Assembly (NCBI GenBank): GCA_041685205.1
Contig: JAWLGF010000002.1
Coordinates: forward strand, 16,477 to 80,476
DNA length: 64,000 bases
Source of the DNA: Roseovarius sp.
GTDB taxonomy: Bacteria; Pseudomonadota; Alphaproteobacteria; Rhodobacterales; Rhodobacteraceae
Reading direction: 5' to 3'
Position numbers and translations under genes: made by a program. Numbering within the stretch: the first letter of the stretch is position 1; each line of letters begins with the position of its first letter. Shown piece by piece: positions 51,784 through 61,259 of this stretch. Below the pieces are notes generated by a model that was not told the DNA's origin, made no database searches, and saw only the letters and a list, made by a program, of their open reading frames with translations.

Positions 51784-52889
51784 GCGTGGCCCTGTCAGGC
51801 CGTGACGTTATCCTGCGCGCCGCCCTGCCGCGTGGCGCAGGGGCGATTGTGCTGGTGCTGGCGATCATGGTGCATCTCGCGGGCGGCGTGGCGGTCTACT
51901 GGGCGGCGCAGACCGACGGCACCGAGGCTGCGGGCGAGGGCGGGCTGACCGTCGGCCTTGGCCCCTCGGGGGCGCCGCCCGGCGCGCTCGAGGCGGTCGA
52001 GGCGGAGCCCGTCGACACCGCGACGCCGGAGGCCGCGACCGAGGTGGAGGCCGAAGATGCGACGAGCGAGGTCGCCCCCCAAACCGCATCCGACACGACA
52101 CCGGATGCCGCCGACGACACGCCGGACGCGTCTCCCGACACGGACGTCCCGCCGGTCGAGGCTTCGGAGGTTGCAGCGCCCTCTGCGCCGGATCAGAGCT
52201 TGGACCTTGCCGAGAGCGTGGATCCCGTCATCGCCCCGTCTGATGCGCCCACCCCGCCGGAAGAGACGCCCGCGGACCCCGAAACGGCCGCCGGGCCCGC
52301 ACCGGATACTTCCCCGGAAGTGGTTGCGCCCGACAGCGTCACCGCGGAGGATCAGGAGGAAGGTCTTGGCGTGTCGCGTCGCCCGGCCTCGCGTCCGGAA
52401 GCGGTGGAAGAGGCCGGGCGACGGGCGGCTGAAGAGACCACTGAGCGCGCCGAGACCGCGCGCCGGCAGCGCCGCGCCGCAGAGGCGGAGCGCGAAGGCG
52501 ATGCGCCCGCGCCGCAATCCGAAGGCCGGCAGGGCCAGAGCGGCTCATCGCAAGGCAGCACGCGTGGCGGTGGCGATGGCACCGAGGGCGGCGGCAATCC
52601 CGGCGCGCGTGCCGATTTCGCCGCGGTCGTCGCGGCGCGGCTGGCACAGGCCAAGCAATATCCGCGCCGCGCACAGCGCGCGCGAATCGAAGGCACCGGC
52701 ACGATCTGGTTCCGGATGAATGCCGCCGGGCAGGTCGTCGAAGCGCGTGTCACGCGCGGCACCGGGCATGACGTGCTCGACCAGGCGCTCATGGAAACCT
52801 TGCAGCGCGCCCGCCTTCCGCGCATTCCGGCTGACGTGGACCGCGATCAGATGGAGTTTTCCGTACCGATCTCGTTCACGCTGCGCTGA
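51780..52889 (+). CDS. tonB: Energy transducer TonB
   Basis: TM segment with His, long acidic Pro-rich linker, C-terminal YPRRA..EG..G domain. Confidence 0.88.
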   Translation: MSVALSGRDVILRAALPRGAGAIVLVLAIMVHLAGGVAVYWAAQTDGTEAAGEGGLTVGLGPSGAPPGALEAVEAEPVDTATPEAATEVEAEDATSEVAPQTASDTTPDAADDTPDASPDTDVPPVEASEVAAPSAPDQSLDLAESVDPVIAPSDAPTPPEETPADPETAAGPAPDTSPEVVAPDSVTAEDQEEGLGVSRRPASRPEAVEEAGRRAAEETTERAETARRQRRAAEAEREGDAPAPQSEGRQGQSGSSQGSTRGGGDGTEGGGNPGARADFAAVVAARLAQAKQYPRRAQRARIEGTGTIWFRMNAAGQVVEARVTRGTGHDVLDQALMETLQRARLPRIPADVDRDQMEFSVPISFTLR

Positions 52890-53083
52890 GTCCAAGACCG
52901 CGGAGACGGGGTATGGGCCCCTCGGGCTCATGACCTTCGAGCCTGCCAGCCATGAAAGCGCGGCGCGCGATCCGGCGTCCTGACCTTACGCGCGTGGACG
53001 GCGTCCAGTCTGCCTCGTCCGGCCTGCCTTGCGGCGCGTTTCGGGTTCACCCACAAGATATTGCCGCAAGACGCAACAATTCG

Positions 53084-53115
53084 CTTTACAGACGCCGCGG
53101 ATGCCCGCACCATAT
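53084..53115 (+). promoter_or_regulatory. Putative RpoH-type promoter of the YbjN-proC operon
   Basis: CTTTAC...CCATAT. Confidence 0.35.
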
Positions 53116-53213
53116 CTTGTATGGGCGTGGGGACTGGCCCCCGCCCGTAGGTACGGCACCTAGCGCTTGGGGTGCGTTTGCAGTCCTCGCGCTACAGCAA
53201 ATGAGGCGGCGCC

Positions 53214-53714
53214 ATGGCACTTTCCGAACAGATCTTTCAGGATGACATCCACCCCATTGATATCGTGGAACATATCGCCGAGCATCACGACTGGGATTTC
53301 GATCGGATTGGCGACGACCAGATCGCCATGGCGGTCGAGGGCCAGTGGCGCACCTATTCCATCACGCTCGCATGGTCGGGGCCTGACGAGACTCTGCGGC
53401 TGGTGTGCACCTACGAGATGAAGCCGCCTGCCGAAAGGCTGCCGGCGCTGTTCGAAACGCTCAATGAAATCAATGACAAGTGCTGGTCCGGCGCGTTCAC
53501 GTGGTGGGCCGAGCACAAACTCATGGTCTATCGCTACGGCCTCGTCATGGCCGGCGCGCAGGCCCCCAGCCCCGAGCAGCTCGACACGGTGCTGAGCACC
53601 GCCGTCACGAATGCCGAGCGCTTTTATCCGGCGCTGCAGCTTGCCATCTGGGGCGACCAGACCCCGCAACAGGCCATGCAGGTCGCCATTGCAGAGGCCT
53701 ATGGTCGCGCGTAA
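53214..53714 (+). CDS. YbjN domain protein
   Basis: HPIDIVE.IAEHHDWDFDR, ERFYPALQ and EAYGRA; lies upstream of proC. Confidence 0.85.
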   Translation: MALSEQIFQDDIHPIDIVEHIAEHHDWDFDRIGDDQIAMAVEGQWRTYSITLAWSGPDETLRLVCTYEMKPPAERLPALFETLNEINDKCWSGAFTWWAEHKLMVYRYGLVMAGAQAPSPEQLDTVLSTAVTNAERFYPALQLAIWGDQTPQQAMQVAIAEAYGRA

Positions 53715-53756
53715 CACTTGCCCCCACACGCGATGTTTCAAACAGCGGGGGGCATC

Positions 53757-54572
53757 ATGAGCATGCAGCGGATCGCCGAGAAGGGCCTCGTCTTGCTGGG
53801 CTGCGGCAAGATGGGTGGCGCGATGCTACAGGGCTGGCTGTCGGACGGATTGCCGGCCTCATCGGTCTGGGTGATCGACCCCAACCCGTCGGAGTGGCTG
53901 CAGGGAACGGGCGTTCGGATCAATGTCGACCTGCCCGATGATCCGGCCATCGTGCTGGTTGCCGTCAAGCCGCAGATGATGGGCGACGCGCTACCGGTGC
54001 TGCGCGACAAGGGAAATGGCGACACGCTGTTCGTGTCCGTCGCGGCCGGGACGCCGGTTGTCCTGTTCGAACAGGCGCTCGGGGACAGGACGCCCATCGT
54101 GCGCGCCATGCCCAACACCCCGGCCGCGGTCGGGCGCGGCATCACGGCGATCATCGGCAACGCCCATGTCAGCGCGGCGCAGCTTGACCAGGCCGAGATG
54201 CTGTTGCGCGCCGTCGGGCAGGTGGTGCGGCTCGAGTCAGAGGACCAGATGGATGCGGTCACCGGCGTGTCGGGATCGGGTCCGGCTTATGTGTTCCACA
54301 TGATCGAATGCATGGCCAGCGCCGGCGAGGCGCAGGGGCTGGCACCGGAACTGGCGATGCAACTGGCACAGGCGACGGTCGCGGGGGCGGGCGCGCTAGC
54401 CGAGGCAGCCGACGAGACGCCGGCGCAGTTGCGCCAGAACGTGACCAGCCCGAACGGCACCACGCAGGCGGGGCTGGAAGTGCTGATGGACGAGACGGTC
54501 GGTCTGCCGCCACTGATGCGGCGCACCGTGGCGGCCGCCGCCGACAGATCCCGCGAGTTGCGCGATGGCTGA
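53757..54572 (+). CDS. proC: Pyrroline-5-carboxylate reductase
   Basis: GCGKMG, AVKPQ, RAMPNTP, SGSGPAY and VTSPNGTT motifs. Confidence 0.96.
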   Translation: MSMQRIAEKGLVLLGCGKMGGAMLQGWLSDGLPASSVWVIDPNPSEWLQGTGVRINVDLPDDPAIVLVAVKPQMMGDALPVLRDKGNGDTLFVSVAAGTPVVLFEQALGDRTPIVRAMPNTPAAVGRGITAIIGNAHVSAAQLDQAEMLLRAVGQVVRLESEDQMDAVTGVSGSGPAYVFHMIECMASAGEAQGLAPELAMQLAQATVAGAGALAEAADETPAQLRQNVTSPNGTTQAGLEVLMDETVGLPPLMRRTVAAAADRSRELRDG

Positions 54573-54903
54573 GATTTCCTTTGAGGATTTTCTCAAGGTC
54601 GATATCCGGGTGGGTCGGATCACCGAGGCCGAGCCTTTTCCGGAAGCCCGCAAGCCGGCGATCAAGCTGCGGGTGGATTTCGGCCCTGAACTGGGCGTCA
54701 AGCGGTCCAGCGCGCAGATCACCACACATTACACGCCCGAGGCGCTGATCGGTCGGCAGGTGCTGGCGGTGGTGAATTTTCCGCCCCGTCAGATTGGCAA
54801 GGTTCGGTCCGAGGTGCTGGTGCTTGGGGTCAGCGATAGCGGCGGAGGTATCGTGCTGATCGGCCCCGATGAAGACGTCCCCCTGGGAGAGCGATTGCAG
54901 TGA
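54565..54903 (+). CDS. csaA: CsaA / tRNA-binding chaperone
   Basis: DFLKVDIRVG, SSAQIT, VVNFPPRQIG and SEVLVLG motifs. Confidence 0.9.
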   Translation: MAEISFEDFLKVDIRVGRITEAEPFPEARKPAIKLRVDFGPELGVKRSSAQITTHYTPEALIGRQVLAVVNFPPRQIGKVRSEVLVLGVSDSGGGIVLIGPDEDVPLGERLQ

Positions 54904-55856
54904 AACGGATCCTGATAACACGACCCATGCCCGACCGCGTGCTCGATGCGGCGCGCGCGCATTTCGATGTCGAGACGCGCGAGGAGACCACGCCCATGAA
55001 GCTCGGTCAGATGCGTGGCGCACTTGCGCTTTACGACGGCATCCTGCCGACGCTTGGCGATCTCTTCTCGGACGCGGTGTTCGAGGACGCCGAAGGCAGC
55101 CGGTGCCGGATCCTCGCGAATTTCGGGGTGGGGTTCAATCATATCGACGCAGGCGCGGCGCGCGGCGCGGGCATCGCCGTGACCAATACGCCGGGGGCGG
55201 TGACCGATGCGACCGCCGATATCGCCATGACGCTGATGCTGATGAGCGCGCGCCGCGCAGGCGAGGGCGAGCGCATGGTGCGCGCGGGGGGGTGGCCCGG
55301 CTGGAACCCGACACAGATGCTGGGGCTGCATTTGACCGGCAAGACCGTCGGCATCGTCGGCATGGGCCGGATCGGCGAGGCCATTGCGCGGCGCTGCCAT
55401 TTCGGATTCGGCATGCGGGTGATCTATTACAACCGCTCGCCCAAGACCTTCGGCTTCGAGGCGCAGCAGATGAGCACACTGGCCGAGGTCGCCGCCGCGG
55501 CCGATATCGTGGTTGCTGCCGTGCCCGGCGGTTCCGATACCCGGCATCTGATCGGTGCGGATGTGCTGTCGGCGATGAAACCGGCGGCGCATCTGGTCAA
55601 CATCTCGCGCGGTGACGTGGTGGACGAGGCGGCGTTGGTCGAGGCCTTGCAGGCGGGGCGCATCGCGGGCGCAGGGCTGGATGTCTACGAGCACGAGCCG
55701 CAGGTGCCGGATGCGCTCAAAGCAATGGAAAATGTCGTTCTGTTGCCGCATCTTGGCACCGCCGCGCTGGAGGTGCGCGAGGCCATGGGACTGAAGGCGG
55801 TGGAGAACCTGCGCGCCTTTTTCGCCGGAGAGGATCCGCCCGACCGGGTGAACTGA
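54900..55856 (+). CDS. D-2-hydroxyacid dehydrogenase (glyoxylate/hydroxypyruvate reductase-like)
   Basis: NTPG, GMGRIG, NISRG, LDVYEHEP and PHLG motifs. Confidence 0.9.
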   Translation: MKRILITRPMPDRVLDAARAHFDVETREETTPMKLGQMRGALALYDGILPTLGDLFSDAVFEDAEGSRCRILANFGVGFNHIDAGAARGAGIAVTNTPGAVTDATADIAMTLMLMSARRAGEGERMVRAGGWPGWNPTQMLGLHLTGKTVGIVGMGRIGEAIARRCHFGFGMRVIYYNRSPKTFGFEAQQMSTLAEVAAAADIVVAAVPGGSDTRHLIGADVLSAMKPAAHLVNISRGDVVDEAALVEALQAGRIAGAGLDVYEHEPQVPDALKAMENVVLLPHLGTAALEVREAMGLKAVENLRAFFAGEDPPDRVN

Positions 55857-55876
55857 CCGGCGAGGTCGGGATTTTC

Positions 55877-55898
55877 GGGTATTTTTGCCAAGAAGAAT
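55877..55898. repeat. Copy 2 of dispersed intergenic 22-mer
   Basis: gggtatttttgccaagaagaat. Confidence 0.6.
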
Positions 55899-55984
55899 GC
55901 CGGGATGACCAGAAATGCAGCCCGTCATGCTTGACGCCATGACAGGTGGACGATTGTCTGGCGCGACAGGTGAGGAGAACAGAG

Positions 55985-57106
55985 ATGGGTCAGCCCGCGA
56001 TCACGGGATCGGGCGTTTTCACGCCCCCCGACATCATCACGAACGAGGAACTGGTCGAGGCGTTCAACGCCTATGCCGAGCGTTTCAACGCGCGCCATGC
56101 CGAGGATATCGCGGCCGGTCGGGTGGAGGCCAAGGCACCTTCGTCACCGGACTTCATCGTCAGTGCATCGGGCATCGAACGGCGCCATGTCATGGAAAAA
56201 CGCGGCATCCTAGACCCGGAGGTGATGTGTCCGCGCCTGCGGGCGCGCGGCGATGACGAGCCGGGGATCATGGCGGAAATGGCGCTTGATGCCTGTGGCA
56301 AGGCGTTGGAACAGGCAGGGCGGACGGCGTCGGAGATCGATCTGATCATCTGTGCGGCGTCCAATCACGAGCGGCCCTATCCGGCAATCGCCATCGAGAT
56401 CCAGTCATACCTGGGCGCGGGCGGGTTCGCCTTTGACATGAATGTCGCCTGTTCCTCGGCCACGTTCGGCATACAGGCGGCGGCGGACATGATCCGGGCG
56501 GGCAGTGCGCGGCGGGCGCTGGTGGTCAGCCCGGAGATCTGTTCGGGGCATCTGGAATGGCGCGACCGCGACTGTCATTTCATCTTCGGGGATGTGTGCA
56601 CGGCCGTGGTGATCGAGTCCGCCGATGAGGCGAAGGGCGCGCATTTCGTCATAAAATCAACGCGCTGCGCCACGAAGTTCTCGAACAACATTCGCAATAA
56701 TAACGGCTTTCTGCGCCGCAGCCGACCGGGTGGCATGGCCGACCGGCGCGACATGCAATTCGTCCAGGACGGGCGGCGGGTCTTCAAGGAGGTGTTGCCG
56801 ATGGTCTCGGCGCATATCCTCGGGCATATGGCGGACGAGGGTGTTTCGGCGGATGACCTGCGCCGCCTGTGGCTGCACCAGGCCAACAAGGCGATGAACG
56901 ATTTCATCGGGCGCAAGGTCATGGGCCGCGTGCCGGACCGGGACGAGCAGCCCAATATCCTTCAGGACTACGCCAACACGTCCTCGGCCGGTTCGATCAT
57001 CGCCTTCGCGCAGTATTCCGACGATCTGGCACCGGGCGACCGGGGGGTGATCTGTTCCTTCGGGGCGGGGTATTCCGTGGGGTCGGTTCTGGTCGAGCGG
57101 GCGTGA
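55985..57106 (+). CDS. Beta-ketoacyl-ACP synthase III, long FabH-like type
   Basis: NVACSS, HQAN, YANTSSA and CSFGAG motifs (Cys-His-Asn triad). Confidence 0.88.
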   Translation: MGQPAITGSGVFTPPDIITNEELVEAFNAYAERFNARHAEDIAAGRVEAKAPSSPDFIVSASGIERRHVMEKRGILDPEVMCPRLRARGDDEPGIMAEMALDACGKALEQAGRTASEIDLIICAASNHERPYPAIAIEIQSYLGAGGFAFDMNVACSSATFGIQAAADMIRAGSARRALVVSPEICSGHLEWRDRDCHFIFGDVCTAVVIESADEAKGAHFVIKSTRCATKFSNNIRNNNGFLRRSRPGGMADRRDMQFVQDGRRVFKEVLPMVSAHILGHMADEGVSADDLRRLWLHQANKAMNDFIGRKVMGRVPDRDEQPNILQDYANTSSAGSIIAFAQYSDDLAPGDRGVICSFGAGYSVGSVLVERA

Positions 57107-57112
57107 GGGTGT

Positions 57113-57706
57113 TCAGAGCGCCTTGCGTGCCGACAGCGCCGCGCTGATCGTGCCGTCGTCGAGATAGTCGAGTTCCCCGCCGATCGGCACGCCTTGGGCG
57201 AGCGAGGTGAGGCGGACGCGCCCGTCAAGCTGATCGGCGATGTAATGCGCCGTCGTCTGGCCATCCACCGTCGTGTTTAGCGCGAGGATCACCTCGGTCA
57301 CCTCCTCTGACGCGACACGGTCCACGAGTTGCGGAATGCGCAGTGTTTCGGGCCCGATCTGATCGAGCGCCGAGAGCGTGCCGCCCAGCACGTGATAGCG
57401 TCCCTTGAAGGCGTGGCCGCGTTCCATCGCCCAGAGATCGGCCACGTCCTCGACCACGCAGATCTGGCCGGTCGCGCGTTGCGCGTCACCGCAGATATCG
57501 CAGATCTCGGAGGTGCCGATATTGCCGCAGGTCGTGCATTCCCGCGCGGTCTCGGCAACCGCCCGCATCTGGTCAGCCAGCGGTGCGAGCAGGACCGCGC
57601 GCTTGCGGATCATGTGCAGCACGGCGCGCCGGGCCGAGCGCGGCCCGAGGCCCGGCAGGCGTGCCATCATGTCGATCAGGGCGTCGATGTCGCGCGTGCT
57701 GCTCAC
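57113..57706 (-). CDS. recR: Recombination mediator RecR
   Basis: [10 protein letters not shown]4 zinc finger, YHVLGG and GGELDYLD motifs. Confidence 0.97.
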   Translation of the reverse strand: MSSTRDIDALIDMMARLPGLGPRSARRAVLHMIRKRAVLLAPLADQMRAVAETARECTTCGNIGTSEICDICGDAQRATGQICVVEDVADLWAMERGHAFKGRYHVLGGTLSALDQIGPETLRIPQLVDRVASEEVTEVILALNTTVDGQTTAHYIADQLDGRVRLTSLAQGVPIGGELDYLDDGTISAALSARKAL

Positions 57707-57750
57707 AGCTTTGGTCCGATCCGGTGGCGGGGACGGAACGCCTTCGGGAT

Positions 57751-57772
57751 GAGTATTTGCAGCAAGATGAAA
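57751..57772. repeat. Copy 3 of dispersed intergenic 22-mer
   Basis: gagtatttgcagcaagatgaaa. Confidence 0.6.
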
Positions 57773-57779
57773 CGAGGGC

Positions 57780-58124
57780 TCAGAACGGCAGCTTCATGTC
57801 CTTGGGCAAGCCCATGGATTGGGTCAGCTTTCCCATTTCCTCTTGCGCACGCTCCGACGCCTTGGACTGGGCATCCTTGATCGCAGCGAGGATCAGGTCC
57901 TCTGCGACTTCCTTGTCCTCGGGCTTGAAGATCGACGGGTCGATATCCAGCCCCTTGAGCTCGCCCTTGGCGCTGCAGGTGGCCTTGACGAGGCCCGCGC
58001 CGCTTTCGCCCTCGACCATCATGTTTTTCAGGTCTTCCTGAAGATCGGCCATCTTCTGCTGCATTTCCTGTGCGGATTGCATCATCTTGGCCATGTCGCC
58101 CATCTGGCCCAAACCCTTGAACAT
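57780..58124 (-). CDS. ybaB: YbaB/EbfC nucleoid-associated protein
   Basis: [17 protein letters not shown] and EDLILAA motifs; lies between dnaX and recR. Confidence 0.93.
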   Translation of the reverse strand: MFKGLGQMGDMAKMMQSAQEMQQKMADLQEDLKNMMVEGESGAGLVKATCSAKGELKGLDIDPSIFKPEDKEVAEDLILAAIKDAQSKASERAQEEMGKLTQSMGLPKDMKLPF

Positions 58125-58227
58125 CGTGTCGTCTCCTCTGGATCGAGGCCCGTTTGCGACGGGCCGGAAAGCGGTGTGTTACGTTTAACCATATCGGTGC
58201 GCGAAAGGCGACAGGCAAGCGGTGCGA

Positions 58228-59994
58228 TCAGTCGTCTTCGAAAGGGTCCCATTCATCCTCGACCTCCGGCAGGGCGTCGGCCTCGGCGGTGGTGGTGATG
58301 TCCTGCGTGGTCTTGATGTCCGTGATGCGGGCCTTGGGGAAGGCGGCGAAGACAGCCTCGACCAGCGGATGCGCGCGCGCTTCGGATTCGCGCGCGTCGG
58401 CCTCGGCGTTGCGAGCTTCGCGCAGGGTTGGGGCTGTCGATGAGTTGACAACGGTCACGGTCCAGCGACTGCCCGTCCAGCGTTGCAGCGCGCTGCCGAG
58501 ACGCTGCGCGAGGTCCGAGGGGGCGTCGGGCGTGGGCGTGAATTCGATCCGGCCCGGACGGTAGGCGGCAAGGCGCACTCCGCCCTCGACCTCGATCAGC
58601 AGCTTGGCGTCGCGATTGGCGCGGATCAGCTCCAGCACATGCTCGAAACTGGGGTAGCGCTCGAGGGCATCTTCGGGGTGCTGCGCGAGCGCTGGGGCCG
58701 GACCCGTTGCGCTGGCGCTCGGCCCGGGCGCAGCAGTATGGCTTGGCTGGGGCGCAGCATTGCCGCGGGCGTCCGCGCCCTGGGGGTGCGCGCCCGCCTG
58801 CCGTGTGCCGCCGCCCGGACCGGGGGGCGGGTCATCCTGCAAGCGGCGCACGAGATCCTCGGGGGTGGGCAGGTCGGCGACATGCGTGAGACGGATGATC
58901 GCCATCTCGGCGGCCATCATGGCATTCGGGGCCTCGGCCACCTCGTCGAGCGATTTCAACAGCATCTGCCACATACGCGTCAGCACGCGCATCGGAAGCG
59001 TTTCGGCCATCGCCACTCCGCGGGCGCGCTCGTCGGGGCCGATGGTGGGATCCTCGGCCGCGTCGGGCGTGATCTTGACCACCGAGATCCAGTGCGTGAT
59101 CTCCGCCAGGTCGCGCAGCACGGCCAGCGGATCGGCCCCTTCGGCATATTGCGCGCCGAGTTCGGACAGGGCGCTGCCCACGTCGCCCTTCATGATCATG
59201 TCGAAGAGATCGAGGACTCGACCACGATCGGCCAGCCCCAGCATGGCGCGCACCGCGTCTGCCGTCGTTTCGCCAGCGCCGTGACTAATCGCCTGATCCA
59301 AGAGCGAGGTGGCATCGCGGGCCGAGCCTTCGGCGGCGCGGGTGATGAGGGCGAGTGCGTCATCGCTGATCTGCGCGCCTTCGCGATCGGCGATGCCGCG
59401 CAAGAGGGTGATCATCGTCTCGGGCTCGATCCGGCGCAGATCGAATCGCTGGCAGCGCGACAGCACCGTCACCGGCACCTTACGGATCTCGGTCGTGGCG
59501 AAGATGAACTTCACATGCGCGGGGGGCTCTTCGAGGGTCTTCAGGAGCGCGTTGAACGCGCCCGAGGACAACATGTGCACCTCGTCGATGATGTAGACCT
59601 TGTAGCGCGCCGAGGCGGCCCGGTAATGCACCGAGTCGATGATCTCGCGGATGTTGCCGACCCCTGTGTTCGAGGCCGCGTCCATCTCCATGATATCGAC
59701 ATGGCGCCCTTCCATGATCGCGGTGCAATGTTCGCAGACCCCGCAGGGATCGGTGGTCGGACCGTCCGTGCCGCCAGGTCCGATGCAGTTCATGCCCTTG
59801 GCGATGATCCGGGCCGTGGTGGTCTTTCCGGTGCCACGAATGCCTGTCATGATGAAGGCCTGCGCGATCCGATCCGCCTGGAAGGCGTTCTTTAGGGTTT
59901 GCACCATGGCGTCCTGTCCGACCAGGTCGGCGAAGGTTTCGGGCCGGTATTTCCGGGCCAGAACCTGATAGCCGGACGGGTCGGTTTCGGACAT
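58228..59994 (-). CDS. dnaX: DNA polymerase III subunit gamma/tau
   Basis: LARKYRP, GIRGTGKTT, DEVHML and SRC motifs. Confidence 0.97.
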   Translation of the reverse strand: MSETDPSGYQVLARKYRPETFADLVGQDAMVQTLKNAFQADRIAQAFIMTGIRGTGKTTTARIIAKGMNCIGPGGTDGPTTDPCGVCEHCTAIMEGRHVDIMEMDAASNTGVGNIREIIDSVHYRAASARYKVYIIDEVHMLSSGAFNALLKTLEEPPAHVKFIFATTEIRKVPVTVLSRCQRFDLRRIEPETMITLLRGIADREGAQISDDALALITRAAEGSARDATSLLDQAISHGAGETTADAVRAMLGLADRGRVLDLFDMIMKGDVGSALSELGAQYAEGADPLAVLRDLAEITHWISVVKITPDAAEDPTIGPDERARGVAMAETLPMRVLTRMWQMLLKSLDEVAEAPNAMMAAEMAIIRLTHVADLPTPEDLVRRLQDDPPPGPGGGTRQAGAHPQGADARGNAAPQPSHTAAPGPSASATGPAPALAQHPEDALERYPSFEHVLELIRANRDAKLLIEVEGGVRLAAYRPGRIEFTPTPDAPSDLAQRLGSALQRWTGSRWTVTVVNSSTAPTLREARNAEADARESEARAHPLVEAVFAAFPKARITDIKTTQDITTTAEADALPEVEDEWDPFEDD

Positions 59995-60119
59995 GCAAAC
60001 GGCCTTTCGGATTCGTGACTTTTAAGAAACGTAAAGCGCGGTGTGCAGGGCGTCCAGCTTGCTTTTTTCGCGCGAGGTGTCGATGCTGGCGCGGTCTTGC
60101 GGGGGATGTGTTGGCAACG

Positions 60120-60620
60120 ATGACGGAGTTTGTGATCCACGCGCTTCATGTGGGCGGGGGTACGCTGGCGCTTGCCCCTCTGCCCGGGGCGAGCGGCGAT
60201 TATGATGCCGACATGGCACATCTGCGCGACTGGAAGCCGGCGTTCGTGATCACCCTTGTGACGCCCGAAGAGATCGCGGAATGCGAGGCGTTTGCCCTGG
60301 GCGCCGATCTGCAAGAAGCGGGCACGCGCTGGATTTTCTTGCCGGTTGAGGATTTTGGCACGCCGGCGCCCGCGCAATGGCCGGCGTGGCAGGATGCAAG
60401 CGCGATGACGCGCGCCGCGCTGAGCGGCGGTGGCCGGGTTATGATCCATTGCCGGAGCGGGCGTGGTCGGTCCGGTATGGCTGCGCTGCGGTTGATGATG
60501 GAAACCGGTGAGTCCCCCGACGCGGCCCTTGCGCGTCTGCGCGCTTTACGTCCGGGTGCGATCGAGACCGAGGCACAGATGGCGTGGGCACGCCGGGGTG
60601 TACAGCATCAGACCCCATGA
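60120..60620 (+). CDS. Dual-specificity / cyclin-dependent-kinase-inhibitor-3-like protein phosphatase
   Basis: PVEDFGTP acid loop, HCRSGRGRS (CX5R) and RPGAIET..Q. Confidence 0.85.
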   Translation: MTEFVIHALHVGGGTLALAPLPGASGDYDADMAHLRDWKPAFVITLVTPEEIAECEAFALGADLQEAGTRWIFLPVEDFGTPAPAQWPAWQDASAMTRAALSGGGRVMIHCRSGRGRSGMAALRLMMETGESPDAALARLRALRPGAIETEAQMAWARRGVQHQTP

Positions 60621-60840
60621 TCACTGTGCGGGCTGACTGGCTCGGCTGCCACTCCGGCGGCATTCTCCGTTCCAGGACTGCGCCGGATCGACCGGTGCCG
60701 AGCCGCAAGAATGGTCTGGAGGCTGCTTCAGGTGAGGATCGCAGGCCCTGCTGCGATGTATGTCTGATCTGCAACGTTTAGCCTTTGGGTACGCGAGGCC
60801 CAAGAGTGAACGCGCTCGGGCATGCGGAAAAGGAAACACC

Positions 60841-60969
60841 GTGAGCCAGAGCATCTACATCGTCGGCGCCGTCTTCATCGTCATCGCGCGCGACGAAACG
60901 GTACAAAGTACTCAACCGCTCGGCGCCTTCGTGGCACGCAAAACCGATCGGTCGAGCAGGTTCTTATGA
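60841..60969 (+). CDS. Possible 42-aa small membrane peptide or remnant of one
   Basis: AAAGGA RBS, GTG start, hydrophobic IYIVGAVFIVIA with GC3-rich codons in the first half only. Confidence 0.3.
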   Translation: MSQSIYIVGAVFIVIARDETVQSTQPLGAFVARKTDRSSRFL

Positions 60970-61259
60970 CCGCGACCTCCCGAAGACCGGTACCCTTGAC
61001 GGCCGGGCAGGCAACCCGGTGATCTTGTGACCGGCTTCGAGATCACGGGATCGTGCTCCAAGGGCGCGGTGGAGTGATCAAGCGCCCTTCGGCCAACGGA
61101 ATGCGCAGATCTTGATGGCGGCGCTCTGCCATGACAGTCCGAAAGCGCTCCGAACTCGAGACAGGCCACCGTTCGGGCATTCCGACGCGGCGTTCCGAAC
61201 GGTATTGCCCGCGCAGACGATGCGCGGACCATTTGCGCTTCGATTGGCGCGGTTCGCCG

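Noticed and set aside
51990..52350. Repetitive Pro/Asp/Thr/Glu stretch in tonB
   Set aside because: Normal low-complexity periplasmic linker, not a DNA tandem array
58228..59994. Programmed frameshift in dnaX producing the gamma subunit
   Set aside because: No A-AAA-AAG or poly-A slippery site seen; the ORF is continuous
59995..61259. SRP RNA (ffs), often found near dnaX
   Set aside because: Only GGCTGCTTC (60721) resembles it; the CAGGTCCGGAAGGAAGCAG core is absent
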